A DNA stretch of 64,000 nucleotides. Origin: a virus. Every line of letters starts with the position of its first letter. Position 1 is the stretch's first letter. The stretch is taken from the IMG/VR virus record IMGVR_UViG_3300045988_175607, positions 111,956 through 175,955 of that record. The stretch is one strand, 5' to 3'. This document shows positions 1-8,763 of this stretch, piece by piece. Position numbers and translations under genes: made by a program. The notes under the pieces are model-generated. The model did no database searches. It had not been told where the DNA came from and was given only the letters and a program-made list of their open reading frames with translations.

Positions 1-385
1 AGAGAATTGATATTACTGTGTTTTGGTTTTGAAAAAACTTTGGGACAGGAAGTTGCTCAGGTAAAACGTTTTTTCAAATTTCAAAAAAAATTTTTCCTGA
101 AAATGTACCCCACCTTTTCTTCTCTCAGCTTTCATCAGATAAACACTCATGAACCTTACGGACTTTTTATCTGAGGAACGCGCAACCCTCCAACCCCAGC
201 CCCCATACAGAACAATCTTGTTCATCGTTGACGGCCTTAATTTCAATCAATTTAGACCAACAGAGAAAAATCATTTCATCCGCCGCGGCTTTCTCAACTC
301 AAGCCACATCCTGAAACTCTTGCATTCGCGGCGCTTGCCATCAAACTCACCAACAGCAAATAGAAATAAAGAAAAATAAAAAAAA

Positions 386-415
386 TTTGACAAATTTAAA
401 AAAATACTGTATAAT
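386..415 (+). promoter_or_regulatory. sigma-A type promoter in the non-coding leader (TTGACA-N17/18-TATAAT); no ORF downstream
   Basis: TTGACA at 386-391 and TATAAT about 410-415 with an A-rich upstream tract; no ORF over 60 aa in the next ~1.2 kb. Confidence 0.5.
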
Positions 416-1365
416 ATAATTAATCTATTAAGGAAATATTATTTAATGTACTCTTTTTTATACAAACTAAATTCTTTTCTTAAATTAATATTTGATTTTC
501 TTTTAGTAATTCACTTTGCTTTGACATTACAATAAAGATACAAAATTAAATATTAATTAATACTGGTTTTTGTGACGTTTTTCATTACTCTGTTTTAAAT
601 ACAAAAAAGAAAAAATATTTTTTTCTTTTCTTGACCTCCTTTCTGATGTGGCACAGCAAGCACCACAATATGAGCAAGCTAACCTTGTTAGCAAAGACTT
701 GCATACATACAATTAAATAACTTAGCTTTATTTAATTAACATTCAATCATACTAAATAATATAAATGTTGATGCAGGAAGAGCGCAAGCTTCAAATGCAG
801 CAACAATCTGAGGGGAAGACTTTTATTAAAACAAGTAGGGGGAAAGAGATTATAGCAATTACAATTGTTTGTTTGTTGCACTCGGTGCAACAAACAAAGC
901 TATTCTCTCTTCTGCGGTTCTGACACTAAGTAATGCAGTGGCATTAACGCACTGCTTAATATATTCTGTTTGGCGTGAACCAAGAAAGGCCTTTCCGTAT
1001 TCTTTCTCTCTTGGTTTTATTCCAACAGACAAAAAAGTAAAATGAAAACCGTTTTCCTGTTCTTTAATAGTTATTCATCTTTCATTTCCTTTCTTTAAGC
1101 GATTAATTGCGCGAGCAACCCTTACACTGAGCATTAATAATACAACATCTGCGGCAATCGCTCGCTCTAAGCCGCCGCGGCAATGTCCTCCTTGATAGAT
1201 ACTACTCTGTTACTGTAGCACAGCTTGCTAACCTTGCACAAAGGCTTGTTAAGCTGTGCTATTGTTGTATAGAAGGAATAGTATAGTTACGTTGTTCAGC
1301 GCTGCGTGCGCGGTTGGCACGCAGCGACCTTATGTCAAGCATTTGTTTTGGCAAATTTTTGATAA

Positions 1366-1680
1366 TTTTTTATCATTTGTGATAAAACATTATCAATCCT
1401 GAAATTGGACAAACATTGTTAATTTTTTAACAGAGTTAAAATGCTGTAAATGATTTACAGCTTGTTAAAAAAATAACGAATGGTATTCGGTTTCTTATTG
1501 GGAAACGAGTTTCCGCCGCGGAAACTGAGATTGTTAATTAACTATCAATTCATCAATGCTTGTTAATATTTTATCACAAGCACAAGCGATTGTTAAAAAA
1601 TTATCACTAATGATAAATAACTATCATACATGTTAAAACTTTATCATACATGTTAAAACTTTATCATACTTATAAGATAA
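1366..1680. repeat. Array of TTATCA-containing (DnaA-box-like) repeats, including a 20-bp tandem duplication
   Basis: At least 9 TTATCA motifs (ttatcatttgtgataaaa, attatcaatcc, ttatcacaag, ttatcactaa, tttatcataca x2, tttatcatact); ttatcatacatgttaaaact repeated tandemly at 1622-1641 and 1642-1661. Confidence 0.55.
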
Positions 1681-1694
1681 AAAAAATGGGGCTT

Positions 1695-2012
1695 TTAGCC
1701 CCAAACTTGTACATAATCCACGGTCAACGCATACACTACAAGGAAATTGTGGTCATCCAAATAACTAAATTCCATACAAGTCGGCTGTCCGTAATGGTCG
1801 CGGTTCAAAACGTCAATCGTCTCATTCAGCGCGTGCGCCTCTCCCTTGGCAATTTCTTCTTTCGTCTCAGCATACATCCGCTCGAATAGCTTAATGCCCT
1901 CTGCAACGTCTCTGCTTACTGCAAGCACCCTTTGAGCTTTGCCGGAGCGTTCCTCAGTAATAACCGCGCAAGTATCCATCCAAAACCTTTTTTCCATTTT
2001 TATTAACCTCAT
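1695..2012 (-). CDS. hypothetical protein (105 aa), the only minus-strand early ORF
   Basis: ORF ending in TAA with an RBS-like aggag upstream on the minus strand; no recognizable motif. Confidence 0.4.
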   Translation of the reverse strand: MRLIKMEKRFWMDTCAVITEERSGKAQRVLAVSRDVAEGIKLFERMYAETKEEIAKGEAHALNETIDVLNRDHYGQPTCMEFSYLDDHNFLVVYALTVDYVQVWG

Positions 2013-2125
2013 TTCTCTTTTCTTTCCGTTCCCTCTTGGGAACGTCTATATTCTATCGCATTTCAGAAACATTGTCAATACCTTTTTTTCAAAAAAAATA
2101 AAAAAAAAATTTTGAAAAAAAGGTA

Positions 2126-2154
2126 TTGACAAGGAATCAAGCTTAGTGTATACT
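2126..2154 (+). promoter_or_regulatory. early sigma-A promoter (TTGACA-N17-TATACT) followed by a TTCCCAAGGGGG leader
   Basis: aaaaaaaggtaTTGACA...gtgTATACTgtaatcgttcccaaggggg; A/T UP-element-like tract upstream. Confidence 0.6.
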
Positions 2155-2209
2155 GTAATCGTTCCCAAGGGGGAGCGAAAGAAAAAAAAAGAGACTGGAG
2201 ACTGAAACA

Positions 2210-2434
2210 ATGACTTACACGATTATAGCACATGATAAGGTACTGGAGCGCACGACTAATGAAAAATACGCATACACTCTGTATAGAAACCTTGTATCAA
2301 TGTATAAAAATAACAAATATAGTAACTTTATTAGTGAAAACAACTATTATGTTACTCTTAACAGTTTTGAGGCAATGTTCTTTGATACTTTACTTAAAAA
2401 GAATTTTAGTATACGACTTGTAGAGACAATGTAA
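2210..2434 (+). CDS. hypothetical small protein (74 aa)
   Basis: ATG after ggagactgaaaca; TAA stop followed by terminator hairpin agggcaataagccct plus a T-run. Confidence 0.5.
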   Translation: MTYTIIAHDKVLERTTNEKYAYTLYRNLVSMYKNNKYSNFISENNYYVTLNSFEAMFFDTLLKKNFSIRLVETM

Positions 2435-2458
2435 AGGGCAATAAGCCCTTTTTTTTTG
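2426..2458 (+). terminator. rho-independent terminator
   Basis: agggcaataagccct hairpin followed by ttttttttt. Confidence 0.6.
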
Positions 2459-2838
2459 ACTTAATCACTTTAGCACATTAAAGCGTTAACGCGCTAACGC
2501 GCCTTAGCGCGAAACTGGGCAAACATTGTTAATAAATTGCCAATTCTGCGATAGCCGCACCCCATTCCAGTATACCACACTTGCGCAAGCTTGGCAATAC
2601 CTTTGTGTAAAAAAAAGTTGCTAAAATTAGCAACTTTTTTATTCTTTGGGAAGCGACTTACTGATTCCTTGAGCCTCGATTCGTTGGGCCTTACTGCTCT
2701 TTTGGAGACTTACTGCCTGAACCCCTGCACGGTGTCTACTGACCGCGCTCCCTTGGAACAATTATAGTATACACCAAAGGGGATAAAATGTCAACACTTT
2801 TTTTGAAAAAACTTTTTTTATTTTTTTTGAAAAAGGTA

Positions 2839-2867
2839 TTGACAGAATCTAAGAGTTGTGTTAAACT
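2839..2867 (+). promoter_or_regulatory. early sigma-A promoter with ATAATTGTTCCAAGGG leader
   Basis: ggtaTTGACAgaatctaagagttgtgtTAAACTataattgttccaaggg; same architecture as the 8245 and 9949 promoters. Confidence 0.55.
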
Positions 2868-2913
2868 ATAATTGTTCCAAGGGAACGAAAGAAAGAAAAA
2901 GGAGATTAAAATA

Positions 2914-3174
2914 ATGAAAAAGATGTACATGGTTATTGCGGGCAATAACTGTAAAATAATGACAAGCAAGAACGCCGCCATTGAGTATTATGAACTTTTG
3001 ATGGAGAATCTTGAACTTATACCCAATTTTCATAGCGCAACTGAGGAATGCAAAGTCACAACCGTGACTGACAAACAGGGCAACCACATAGAGCTGTTCA
3101 AGCGCGTTACTACGATTGAATTAACTGATGGACACATGGCAAAAATTCAATATAAAGAATTATCTTTTGACTAA
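2914..3174 (+). CDS. hypothetical protein (86 aa)
   Basis: ATG 2914 eight nt after aaaggag; the ORF-track start at 2872 lacks an RBS. Confidence 0.5.
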   Translation: MKKMYMVIAGNNCKIMTSKNAAIEYYELLMENLELIPNFHSATEECKVTTVTDKQGNHIELFKRVTTIELTDGHMAKIQYKELSFD

Positions 3175-3200
3175 AGGGTGCAAACCCTTTTCTTTTTTTT
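3175..3200 (+). terminator. rho-independent terminator
   Basis: aagggtgcaaaccctt hairpin plus T-run. Confidence 0.55.
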
Positions 3201-3312
3201 CTGCGCTACTTTAGCACATTAAAGTGATAATGCTTTAGCGTAATAAAGTGCCCAATCCCGAAATGGCGCAAACCTCGTTAAAAACTTAACAAGCTTTTTC
3301 AAAAATTCCTTA

Positions 3313-3341
3313 TTGACAAATAAACAAATAAGCATTATAAT
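3313..3341 (+). promoter_or_regulatory. sigma-A promoter TTGACA-N17-TATAAT
   Basis: tTTGACAaataaacaaataagcatTATAATatatac. Confidence 0.55.
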
Positions 3342-3392
3342 ATATACATAAAGAAAAGGGAGCGCGGCTCGGCCGCAGGATAGGAGAATAAA

Positions 3393-3542
3393 ATGTTTGA
3401 GAATGATTTTATCAAGGTTGGCCGCAAGGTCATAAGGCCAAAAAGTATAGCGTGGTTCGCCATTCGTGGGGCGCAGTCAATCGCCGGAGCGGCCTTACTT
3501 TATCTGGCATATTGCATTGCTGTTGGACTTTTTGTGGCATAA
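3393..3542 (+). CDS. small hydrophobic peptide (49 aa, MFENDFIKVGRK...LFVA); below the ORF-track cutoff
   Basis: ATG 8 nt after taggaga; predicted transmembrane C-terminus; promoter upstream and terminator downstream. Confidence 0.45.
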   Translation: MFENDFIKVGRKVIRPKSIAWFAIRGAQSIAGAALLYLAYCIAVGLFVA

Positions 3543-3590
3543 GCCACATACTAATTTTTGAAAGTTTCATAATCTCTTTTTCTTTCCTTT

Positions 3591-3632
3591 GTGGGGCGGC
3601 CTGATGTTACCGCCCCACAAAACTTTTTTTTA
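3591..3632 (+). terminator. rho-independent terminator
   Basis: tgtggggcggcctgatgttaccgccccaca hairpin followed by a long T-run. Confidence 0.6.
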
Positions 3633-3651
3633 TTTTTTTTGCAAAAAAGTA

Positions 3652-3680
3652 TTGACTCCGCGGCGGCTTTGGTGTATAAT
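3652..3680 (+). promoter_or_regulatory. sigma-A promoter TTGACT-N17-TATAAT with ACATAATGTAAAGAGG leader
   Basis: agtaTTGACTccgcggcggctttggtgTATAATacataatgtaaagagg; leader shared with the promoter at 6769. Confidence 0.6.
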
Positions 3681-3740
3681 ACATAATGTAAAGAGGAGCA
3701 GGAAAACCTCTCCTTTCAGTTAAAAGTGAGGTGTTATTAT

Positions 3741-3887
3741 ATGGCATCAAAAGAACAGCAATTTGAAACCCTACGAAAAATAAGAAGAGATTGGGGAGAC
3801 GTTAAACCTTATACAAGAATTGAATTGGATAAAAAAAAGTATCGCAGAAAAAAGAAGCATAAGAAAAAAAGTGATGAAGAAAACTAA
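3741..3887 (+). CDS. small basic protein (48 aa, MASKEQQFETLRK...KKKSDEEN)
   Basis: ATG after agtgaggtg; Lys/Arg-rich C-terminus; below ORF-track cutoff. Confidence 0.4.
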   Translation: MASKEQQFETLRKIRRDWGDVKPYTRIELDKKKYRRKKKHKKKSDEEN

Positions 3888-3920
3888 GGCTTGAAAAATA
3901 AAAACAAGAATTGAATTAAA

Positions 3921-3957
3921 AGGCTGTAAGTAATTTACAGCCAATTTTTTTTATATA
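3921..3957 (+). terminator. rho-independent terminator
   Basis: ggctgtaagtaatttacagcc hairpin plus aatttttttt. Confidence 0.6.
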
Positions 3958-4012
3958 TGGCCTTGACTTTGTTGGCGGCCTGTGCGCGATTGGCACAGGC
4001 CGAGCTTTGTGT

Positions 4013-4103
4013 CAAGCATTTTTTGGTGAAAATTTTGATAATTTTTTATCATTTGTGATAAAAAATTATCAATCCTGAAACCCCCATTGTTAAAAAATTA
4101 TCG
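4013..4103. repeat. ~90-bp regulatory repeat, second copy of 1333-1435 (GC hairpin, TGTCAAGCATTTT, TTGATAATTTTTTATCATTTGTGATAAAA palindrome)
   Basis: About 85% identity to 1333-1435; contains the TGATAA/TTATCA palindrome. Confidence 0.6.
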
Positions 4104-4204
4104 TAGTATTTTTAACAATTGTATAATTATACATAGTGTATTATCGCGGCATAAATAATACATTTTTTGGATTGTGACAAAATTGTGAACACTAAAAAAG
4201 CCTA

Positions 4205-4233
4205 TTGTATTCATTATCCAAAAGTAGTAAAAT
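4205..4233 (+). promoter_or_regulatory. sigma-A-like promoter (TTGTAT-N17-TAAAAT)
   Basis: ctaTTGTATtcattatccaaaagtagTAAAATaagg. Confidence 0.4.
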
Positions 4234-4264
4234 AAGGTACACAATAAAGAAAGGGATTTTGATT

Positions 4265-4726
4265 ATGATTTTTTACTTTGATATGGATGGCACATTGAAT
4301 CATTTTTATTCTGTGCCAAATTGGCTTGAGTACCTTGAAAACGAGGATACAATGCCATACGCCATAGCCCAGCCCGCAATTAACTTCTCACTTTTGGCGC
4401 GGCGTATTCATCAACTTCAACGCCACGGCTATAAAGTCGGCATTATAAGTTGGCTATCAAAAAGCGGAACAGATGAATATAACGCCAATGTAACCGCAAT
4501 AAAAAAGGCATGGCTGAAAAAGCACCTGCCCTCCGTGGAATGGGATGAAATAACGATTATTCCTTATGGCACGCCAAAACACAATCATGCAAATGATAGA
4601 TACGCCATACTTTTTGATGATGAAAAGCGCAATCGCGAAAGCTGGAAAAGCAAAACGCGCCTTGCCTATGATGAAACGTGTATTTTTGAAATTCTTGCGC
4701 ATTTTGCAAAAAAGGCTATTGACTAA
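4265..4726 (+). CDS. HAD-superfamily hydrolase, 5'(3')-deoxyribonucleotidase-like
   Basis: N-terminal FDMDGTL (HAD motif I, DxDGT), downstream FDDE motif; ATG 4265 after aagggattttgatt. Confidence 0.6.
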   Translation: MIFYFDMDGTLNHFYSVPNWLEYLENEDTMPYAIAQPAINFSLLARRIHQLQRHGYKVGIISWLSKSGTDEYNANVTAIKKAWLKKHLPSVEWDEITIIPYGTPKHNHANDRYAILFDDEKRNRESWKSKTRLAYDETCIFEILAHFAKKAID

Positions 4727-4747
4727 AATAACCATTGGTGATAGAAT
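4719..4747 (+). promoter_or_regulatory. sigma-A promoter TTGACT-N17-TAGAAT
   Basis: ggctaTTGACTaaaataaccattggtgaTAGAATagt. Confidence 0.5.
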
Positions 4748-4797
4748 AGTATTTGTAAGGGGGAGCGGAAAAACTCCCCCAAAGGAAGGAAGGAAAA

Positions 4798-5499
4798 ATG
4801 GAAAAGAAAATCGACAAACGCCGCCGCTATTATCTGGTATTGGATACTGAAACGGCAAACACCTACAGAGACAAGGACAACAAGCTGGTAAGCAAAGACG
4901 CGCTTTTTTATGACCTGGGCGCGGCAGTCGTAGACAAGGCTGGAAACGTATATGAAACTTTTAGCTTTATCAACCGCGATATTTATTACGCTGAACGCAA
5001 GCTTATGGAAAGTGCCTATTTCAATTACAAAATAAGCATGTATGATGAACAAATTGCCGCAGGTATGCGCACCGTTGCAAGCTTGTATGAAATTCGCAAA
5101 GCCATTGCAGACGTTATTGCGGAGTATGGTATAACCACAGTAATGGCGCACAATGCTAAATTTGATTATGACGCGCTTAATGCTACGCAAAGATATATAA
5201 CAAAAAGCAAGTACCGCTATTTTTTGCCCAAAGGCGTTGAATGGTATGATACAGTAAGAATGGCGCGGTCAACCATTGCAAAGCAAAAAACTTATAGAAG
5301 GTTTTGCCGCGATAATGGATACTTAACAAAAAATAATCAGCCGCAATGTTCCGCAGAAGTTTTGTACCGATACATTAGCGGTAACAATGATTTTGTTGAA
5401 AGCCATACCGGATTAGAGGACGTTTCAATCGAGGCGCAAATCTTTGCCCATTGTATGCGACAGCATAAGCCCATGAAAAAAAAGTTATTTAAGGATTAA
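4798..5499 (+). CDS. DEDDh 3'-5' exonuclease (DnaQ-like)
   Basis: Exo I VLDTET, Exo II HNAKFDYDAL, Exo III HTGLEDVSIEAQIF. Confidence 0.7.
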   Translation: MEKKIDKRRRYYLVLDTETANTYRDKDNKLVSKDALFYDLGAAVVDKAGNVYETFSFINRDIYYAERKLMESAYFNYKISMYDEQIAAGMRTVASLYEIRKAIADVIAEYGITTVMAHNAKFDYDALNATQRYITKSKYRYFLPKGVEWYDTVRMARSTIAKQKTYRRFCRDNGYLTKNNQPQCSAEVLYRYISGNNDFVESHTGLEDVSIEAQIFAHCMRQHKPMKKKLFKD

Positions 5500-5507
5500 A
5501 AAACCCC

Positions 5508-5536
5508 TTGACAAGAACGAGAATTCATGGTAAAAT
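5508..5536 (+). promoter_or_regulatory. sigma-A promoter TTGACA-N17-TAAAAT followed by a GC hairpin
   Basis: cccTTGACAagaacgagaattcatggTAAAATaag, then gaagggggttaaaaacccccctc. Confidence 0.5.
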
Positions 5537-5624
5537 AAGTCATAACCTGAAGGGGGTTAAAAACCCCCCTCGGATTAAAAAATTGTCAAGGACAGACATT
5601 AAAACCAGAAAGTGAGTTGATACT

Positions 5625-5993
5625 ATGACTAAGAAAGAACTTTTTACCGCCCTGTTGAACATCCCCGCAGTTAAGGCACGTCCCGACTTTGTAGAGAGTT
5701 TGGAACATGAAATTGACCTGCTGAATCGTAAGAACAGTTCATCACGCAAGCCCACGCCCCATCAGGAAGAAGGCGAAGAAATAATTACCCGTGTGATTGA
5801 AATACTGAACGATGGCAAGGGGCGCACAGTCACCGAAATTCTCAAGGTGCTGAACATGGCAGAGTTGAGTCATTCTCGCTTGAACCAGCTTATTAAGAAG
5901 GCCAAGGACGCGGGCACGATTGAGCGTGAAGAAGTCAAGCGCAAAGCGTACTTTTTCGCCGCAGGTGTTGAGCGCAAGCCGATTGAAGATTAA
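5625..5993 (+). CDS. winged-helix-like small protein, paralog of 8342-8716
   Basis: MTKKELFTALLN...EHEIDLLNRKN...SHSRLNQLIKK shared with the 8342 product; leader aaaaccagaaagtgagttgatactatg duplicated. Confidence 0.55.
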   Translation: MTKKELFTALLNIPAVKARPDFVESLEHEIDLLNRKNSSSRKPTPHQEEGEEIITRVIEILNDGKGRTVTEILKVLNMAELSHSRLNQLIKKAKDAGTIEREEVKRKAYFFAAGVERKPIED

Positions 5994-5996
5994 AAC

Positions 5997-6386
5997 ATGG
6001 CTGAGCGCAAAAACGCGGGGGGCTGTGTCCCCCCGCAAATCCAACAGCTAATGAAAACATTACAGATTACAGAAGCAGAAGCGAAGGAAGTGTTAGAATA
6101 TGATAAACGCATAGACGCAGGGGAAAAGCTGGGGGAACTGGACAGCGACAAGAAAAAAGTCGCTAAAGCAATGACCTTAACCGGAACACGCGCCAAAGGC
6201 AATTACAAATTCCAACAGAAGGAAAGAAAAGCTAACGCGGCAAAGCTGGAAATAATTGCGGCAATTGCGCAAATGCTTGAAAGTAAAGGCGCGGAAAAGC
6301 TGGAAATCGCAAACGCTGAAAGAGAATTTTCTTTCTTACTGGACAATGTAAAATATAAAATAACTTTGAGTTGTTCACGAAAATAA
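5997..6386 (+). CDS. hypothetical protein, paralog of 8764-9156
   Basis: Shared LMKTL.I.EAEA.EV..YD..ID.G and KKVAK.MT...T..NYKFQ motifs. Confidence 0.55.
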   Translation: MAERKNAGGCVPPQIQQLMKTLQITEAEAKEVLEYDKRIDAGEKLGELDSDKKKVAKAMTLTGTRAKGNYKFQQKERKANAAKLEIIAAIAQMLESKGAEKLEIANAEREFSFLLDNVKYKITLSCSRK

Positions 6387-6390
6387 AAAT

Positions 6391-6418
6391 AAAAGCCCGC
6401 AAGGGGCTTTTATTTTTT
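6391..6418 (+). terminator. rho-independent terminator
   Basis: aaaagcccgcaaggggctttt plus T-run. Confidence 0.65.
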
Positions 6419-6768
6419 AATTTATTACATGAATTGTTACGAATTTGTAATAATTTGAGTTGAAAACCTTGATAATAATTCTTATTTTATTAAAAAAAGC
6501 ATGATTTTTTATAAAAACAAGGCGGTTTTTGATAATTTTTATTGATTTTTTATAAAAAATCATAATTTTTTTAATAAAACTTTGAGAATTTGTATCAATT
6601 TCTTATAATTGTTACAATTTTGTAACAATTTTGTAATAAATTTACCCCTTGACTTTTGGCGCGCCGGTTAGGAATGTAACCGGCGCGATTTTTGTCAATA
6701 TAGAATCTCTGGTAATTTTTTAACAAAAGATTGTGAAAATTTAGACAATAATTTTTTTCCTAAAAGTA

Positions 6769-6797
6769 TTGACTTTCTAAACGAAATGGTGTATACT
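6769..6797 (+). promoter_or_regulatory. sigma-A promoter TTGACT-N17-TATACT with ACATAATGTCAGGAGG leader
   Basis: agtaTTGACTttctaaacgaaatggtgTATACTacataatgtcaggagg. Confidence 0.6.
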
Positions 6798-6861
6798 ACA
6801 TAATGTCAGGAGGACAAGAGGGTTCTCTAAAAGAAGAAAAAATAAAAGGAGATTGAGAAAA

Positions 6862-7122
6862 ATGAAGGTTACATTGCAGGTTTGTAAAATTGAGAATGTA
6901 GACGTCGAGGTTCCTTACGCGATTCTTGCGCCGCTGATGCTGGACAACTGTAAGGAAAATTGGGACAAGAATGGCATTGCCACTGAAAAAGATTACGAGC
7001 GGGTAAAGGATTACATAAGTAGAAATTATGGCTATGTCCTTAGCTGTGATGTGGATTGTGGTAATTATCAAAGCGCAGAAATTACCAGCGGTGATGAAAC
7101 CATAACTATGTTGGAGGGTTAA
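6862..7122 (+). CDS. hypothetical protein (86 aa)
   Basis: ATG 6862 after aaaggagattgagaaaa. Confidence 0.5.
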   Translation: MKVTLQVCKIENVDVEVPYAILAPLMLDNCKENWDKNGIATEKDYERVKDYISRNYGYVLSCDVDCGNYQSAEITSGDETITMLEG

Positions 7123-7198
7123 TCCCTCCAACCCCCTTTGACAAAAAATATAAAAAAAGATATAATAAATAAAGAAAAAAGAAAAAGGTGATTATTTC

Positions 7199-7660
7199 AT
7201 GGTTTTATTCGCAATTTGTACAATTATCAACGTTATCCTTTCAACGTTGAAAAGCTTGATCACGATAAAAGGTTCTAAACTTGCGGCCGCAGTTGCTAAT
7301 GCAATAACCTATGGCTTTTATACTTACGTTATTATTTTAACAAGCGATGCCGCCCTCAGCACAGAAGGCAAGATGGTTATCACCGCGGCGGCAAATTTTA
7401 TGGGGGTTTATCTTGTTAAACTATTGGAAGAAAAGACGCGCAAAGAAAAGCTATGGAAAATTGAAATGACTATCCCCACAAAGTATCGCGCTGCCGTTGA
7501 TTTTGATTTACGAGAAGTTCCCCATTCATACATTGAAATTAGCGACAAGCATACACTATTCAATTTTTATTGCGCTACGCAAGCAGAGAGCAAAAAGGTT
7601 AAGGACATTGTGGCACAGTATGGCGCGAAATATTTTGTTTCTGAAACTAAAAACCTCTAA
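7199..7660 (+). CDS. membrane protein (153 aa), hydrophobic N-terminal half
   Basis: Two or three predicted TM helices; RBS aaaaggtga. Confidence 0.5.
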   Translation: MVLFAICTIINVILSTLKSLITIKGSKLAAAVANAITYGFYTYVIILTSDAALSTEGKMVITAAANFMGVYLVKLLEEKTRKEKLWKIEMTIPTKYRAAVDFDLREVPHSYIEISDKHTLFNFYCATQAESKKVKDIVAQYGAKYFVSETKNL

Positions 7661-7667
7661 AAAAGTA

Positions 7668-7696
7668 TTGACAGGAATTAGGTTAAGTGATATAAT
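7668..7696 (+). promoter_or_regulatory. sigma-A promoter TTGACA-N17-TATAAT with AGTTCCAAGAGGG leader
   Basis: agtaTTGACAggaattaggttaagtgaTATAATgattacagttccaagaggg. Confidence 0.6.
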
Positions 7697-7738
7697 GATT
7701 ACAGTTCCAAGAGGGAACAAGAAAGGAAGGAAAGAAAA

Positions 7739-8047
7739 ATGTTTGAGGTAAGGCGAATTGATGAGTTGGGGCGCATTGTAATTCCTAAAGAAATACGAAA
7801 GCTAATGGGCATTGAAGCGGGCGCGCCCATGATGGTAACAGATGAAAACAAAAATATGGTAACTTTTACAAAGTATGACCCTGACGCTATTTCACATGAT
7901 ACAAGCCCAAGTGAAATTCTTAAAAACGCAATTTCGGAAATGGCATTTTATGCCGTTGAATCTCAATATGAAACTGAATTTTATGAGATAATGGACGAAG
8001 TTGCAAAGCTAATGGAAGAATGCAAAGAAATCGAAAACAGGGATTAA
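7739..8047 (+). CDS. AbrB/SpoVT/MazE-family DNA-binding protein
   Basis: N-terminus VRRIDELGRIVIPKEIRKLMGI matches the AbrB swapped-hairpin motif (VRKVDELGRVVIPIELRRTLGI). Confidence 0.7.
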   Translation: MFEVRRIDELGRIVIPKEIRKLMGIEAGAPMMVTDENKNMVTFTKYDPDAISHDTSPSEILKNAISEMAFYAVESQYETEFYEIMDEVAKLMEECKEIENRD

Positions 8048-8244
8048 AGAAAATAAGTAACATGGTTTTCAAGGGAAAGTTTGTAAAAAACTTTCTCTTG
8101 ACTTTTTCAGCTCGCCGCTGTCAATCCACAGCGGCGAGAATTTGTCAAGAGGCAATGTTTGTGAATTTTTTATCACAAAAGTATGATAAAAAATTCACAG
8201 ACTAATTTTCCCGATTGTTAAAAAAATAACTTTTCAAAAAGGTA

Positions 8245-8273
8245 TTGCTTTTATGGCGTCCGTGTGGTATACT
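8245..8273 (+). promoter_or_regulatory. early sigma-A promoter (TTGCTT-N17-TATACT) with ATAATTGTTCCAAGGG leader
   Basis: ggtaTTGCTTttatggcgtccgtgtggTATACTataattgttccaaggg. Confidence 0.55.
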
Positions 8274-8341
8274 ATAATTGTTCCAAGGGCATCACTATTA
8301 AGTGAAGGACACACTTAAAAACCAGAAAGTGAGTTGATACT

Positions 8342-8716
8342 ATGACTAAGAGGGAAATGTTTACCGCTCTGTTGAACCTGAATGAAGTTGCCGCTCGTCC
8401 TGACCTTGTTGCAGGCATTGAACACGAGATTGATCTTCTTTCTCGTAAGAACGCCAGCACTCGCAAGCCGACCGCGCATCAGGAAGAAAACGATATGCTT
8501 ATCGAGAAGATTGTAAACGTATTGTTCCGCGCTCCCGAAACTGGAATGACTGTTACCGAAATCGCTAAGGCTCTTAACAATCCTGACTTGACCCATTCCC
8601 GCATAAATCAGCTTGTAAAGAAGCTAAAGGATAATGGCACTGTAATTCGTGAGGAAGTTAAGCGCAGGGCATACTTTAGGCTGAGTGAGGAAGCCATGGA
8701 AGGACTTGCGGAATAA
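8342..8716 (+). CDS. winged-helix-like small protein, paralog of 5625-5993
   Basis: See 5625-5993; second copy of a duplicated two-gene module. Confidence 0.55.
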   Translation: MTKREMFTALLNLNEVAARPDLVAGIEHEIDLLSRKNASTRKPTAHQEENDMLIEKIVNVLFRAPETGMTVTEIAKALNNPDLTHSRINQLVKKLKDNGTVIREEVKRRAYFRLSEEAMEGLAE

Positions 8717-8763
8717 GGGGGGAAATCCCCCCTTTCCAACCTTATAAAGGAGGTTAAACAAGA

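Noticed and set aside
13-379. ORFs 13-246 (-) and 149-379 (+) at the window start
   Set aside because: They overlap each other, lack RBSs, sit in AT-rich leader DNA next to a promoter that fires away from them, and have low-complexity products; likely spurious.
1622-1661. Tandem 20-bp direct repeat and other short repeats (13345-13440, 15658-15745) considered as a CRISPR array
   Set aside because: There are only 2-5 repeat units, no regularly sized unique spacers and no cas genes; iterons or operators are a better fit.
4457-5190. Long antisense ORFs (e.g. 4457-4858 -, 4723-5190 -, 24407-24970 -, 25325-25678 -, 27550-28377 -, 16554-17102 -, 56835-57464 -, 54276-54809 -)
   Set aside because: They are shadow ORFs opposite well-supported genes (exonuclease, zinc-finger protein, peptidase, MVP-like, ligase), with hydrophobic low-complexity translations typical of AT-rich antisense frames and no RBS.
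5540-8466. Minus-strand ORFs 5540-5755 and 8272-8466 sharing LVIVSTHFLV
   Set aside because: Their similarity comes from being antisense to the duplicated leader and 5' ends of the paralogous plus-strand genes 5625 and 8342; they are not independent genes.
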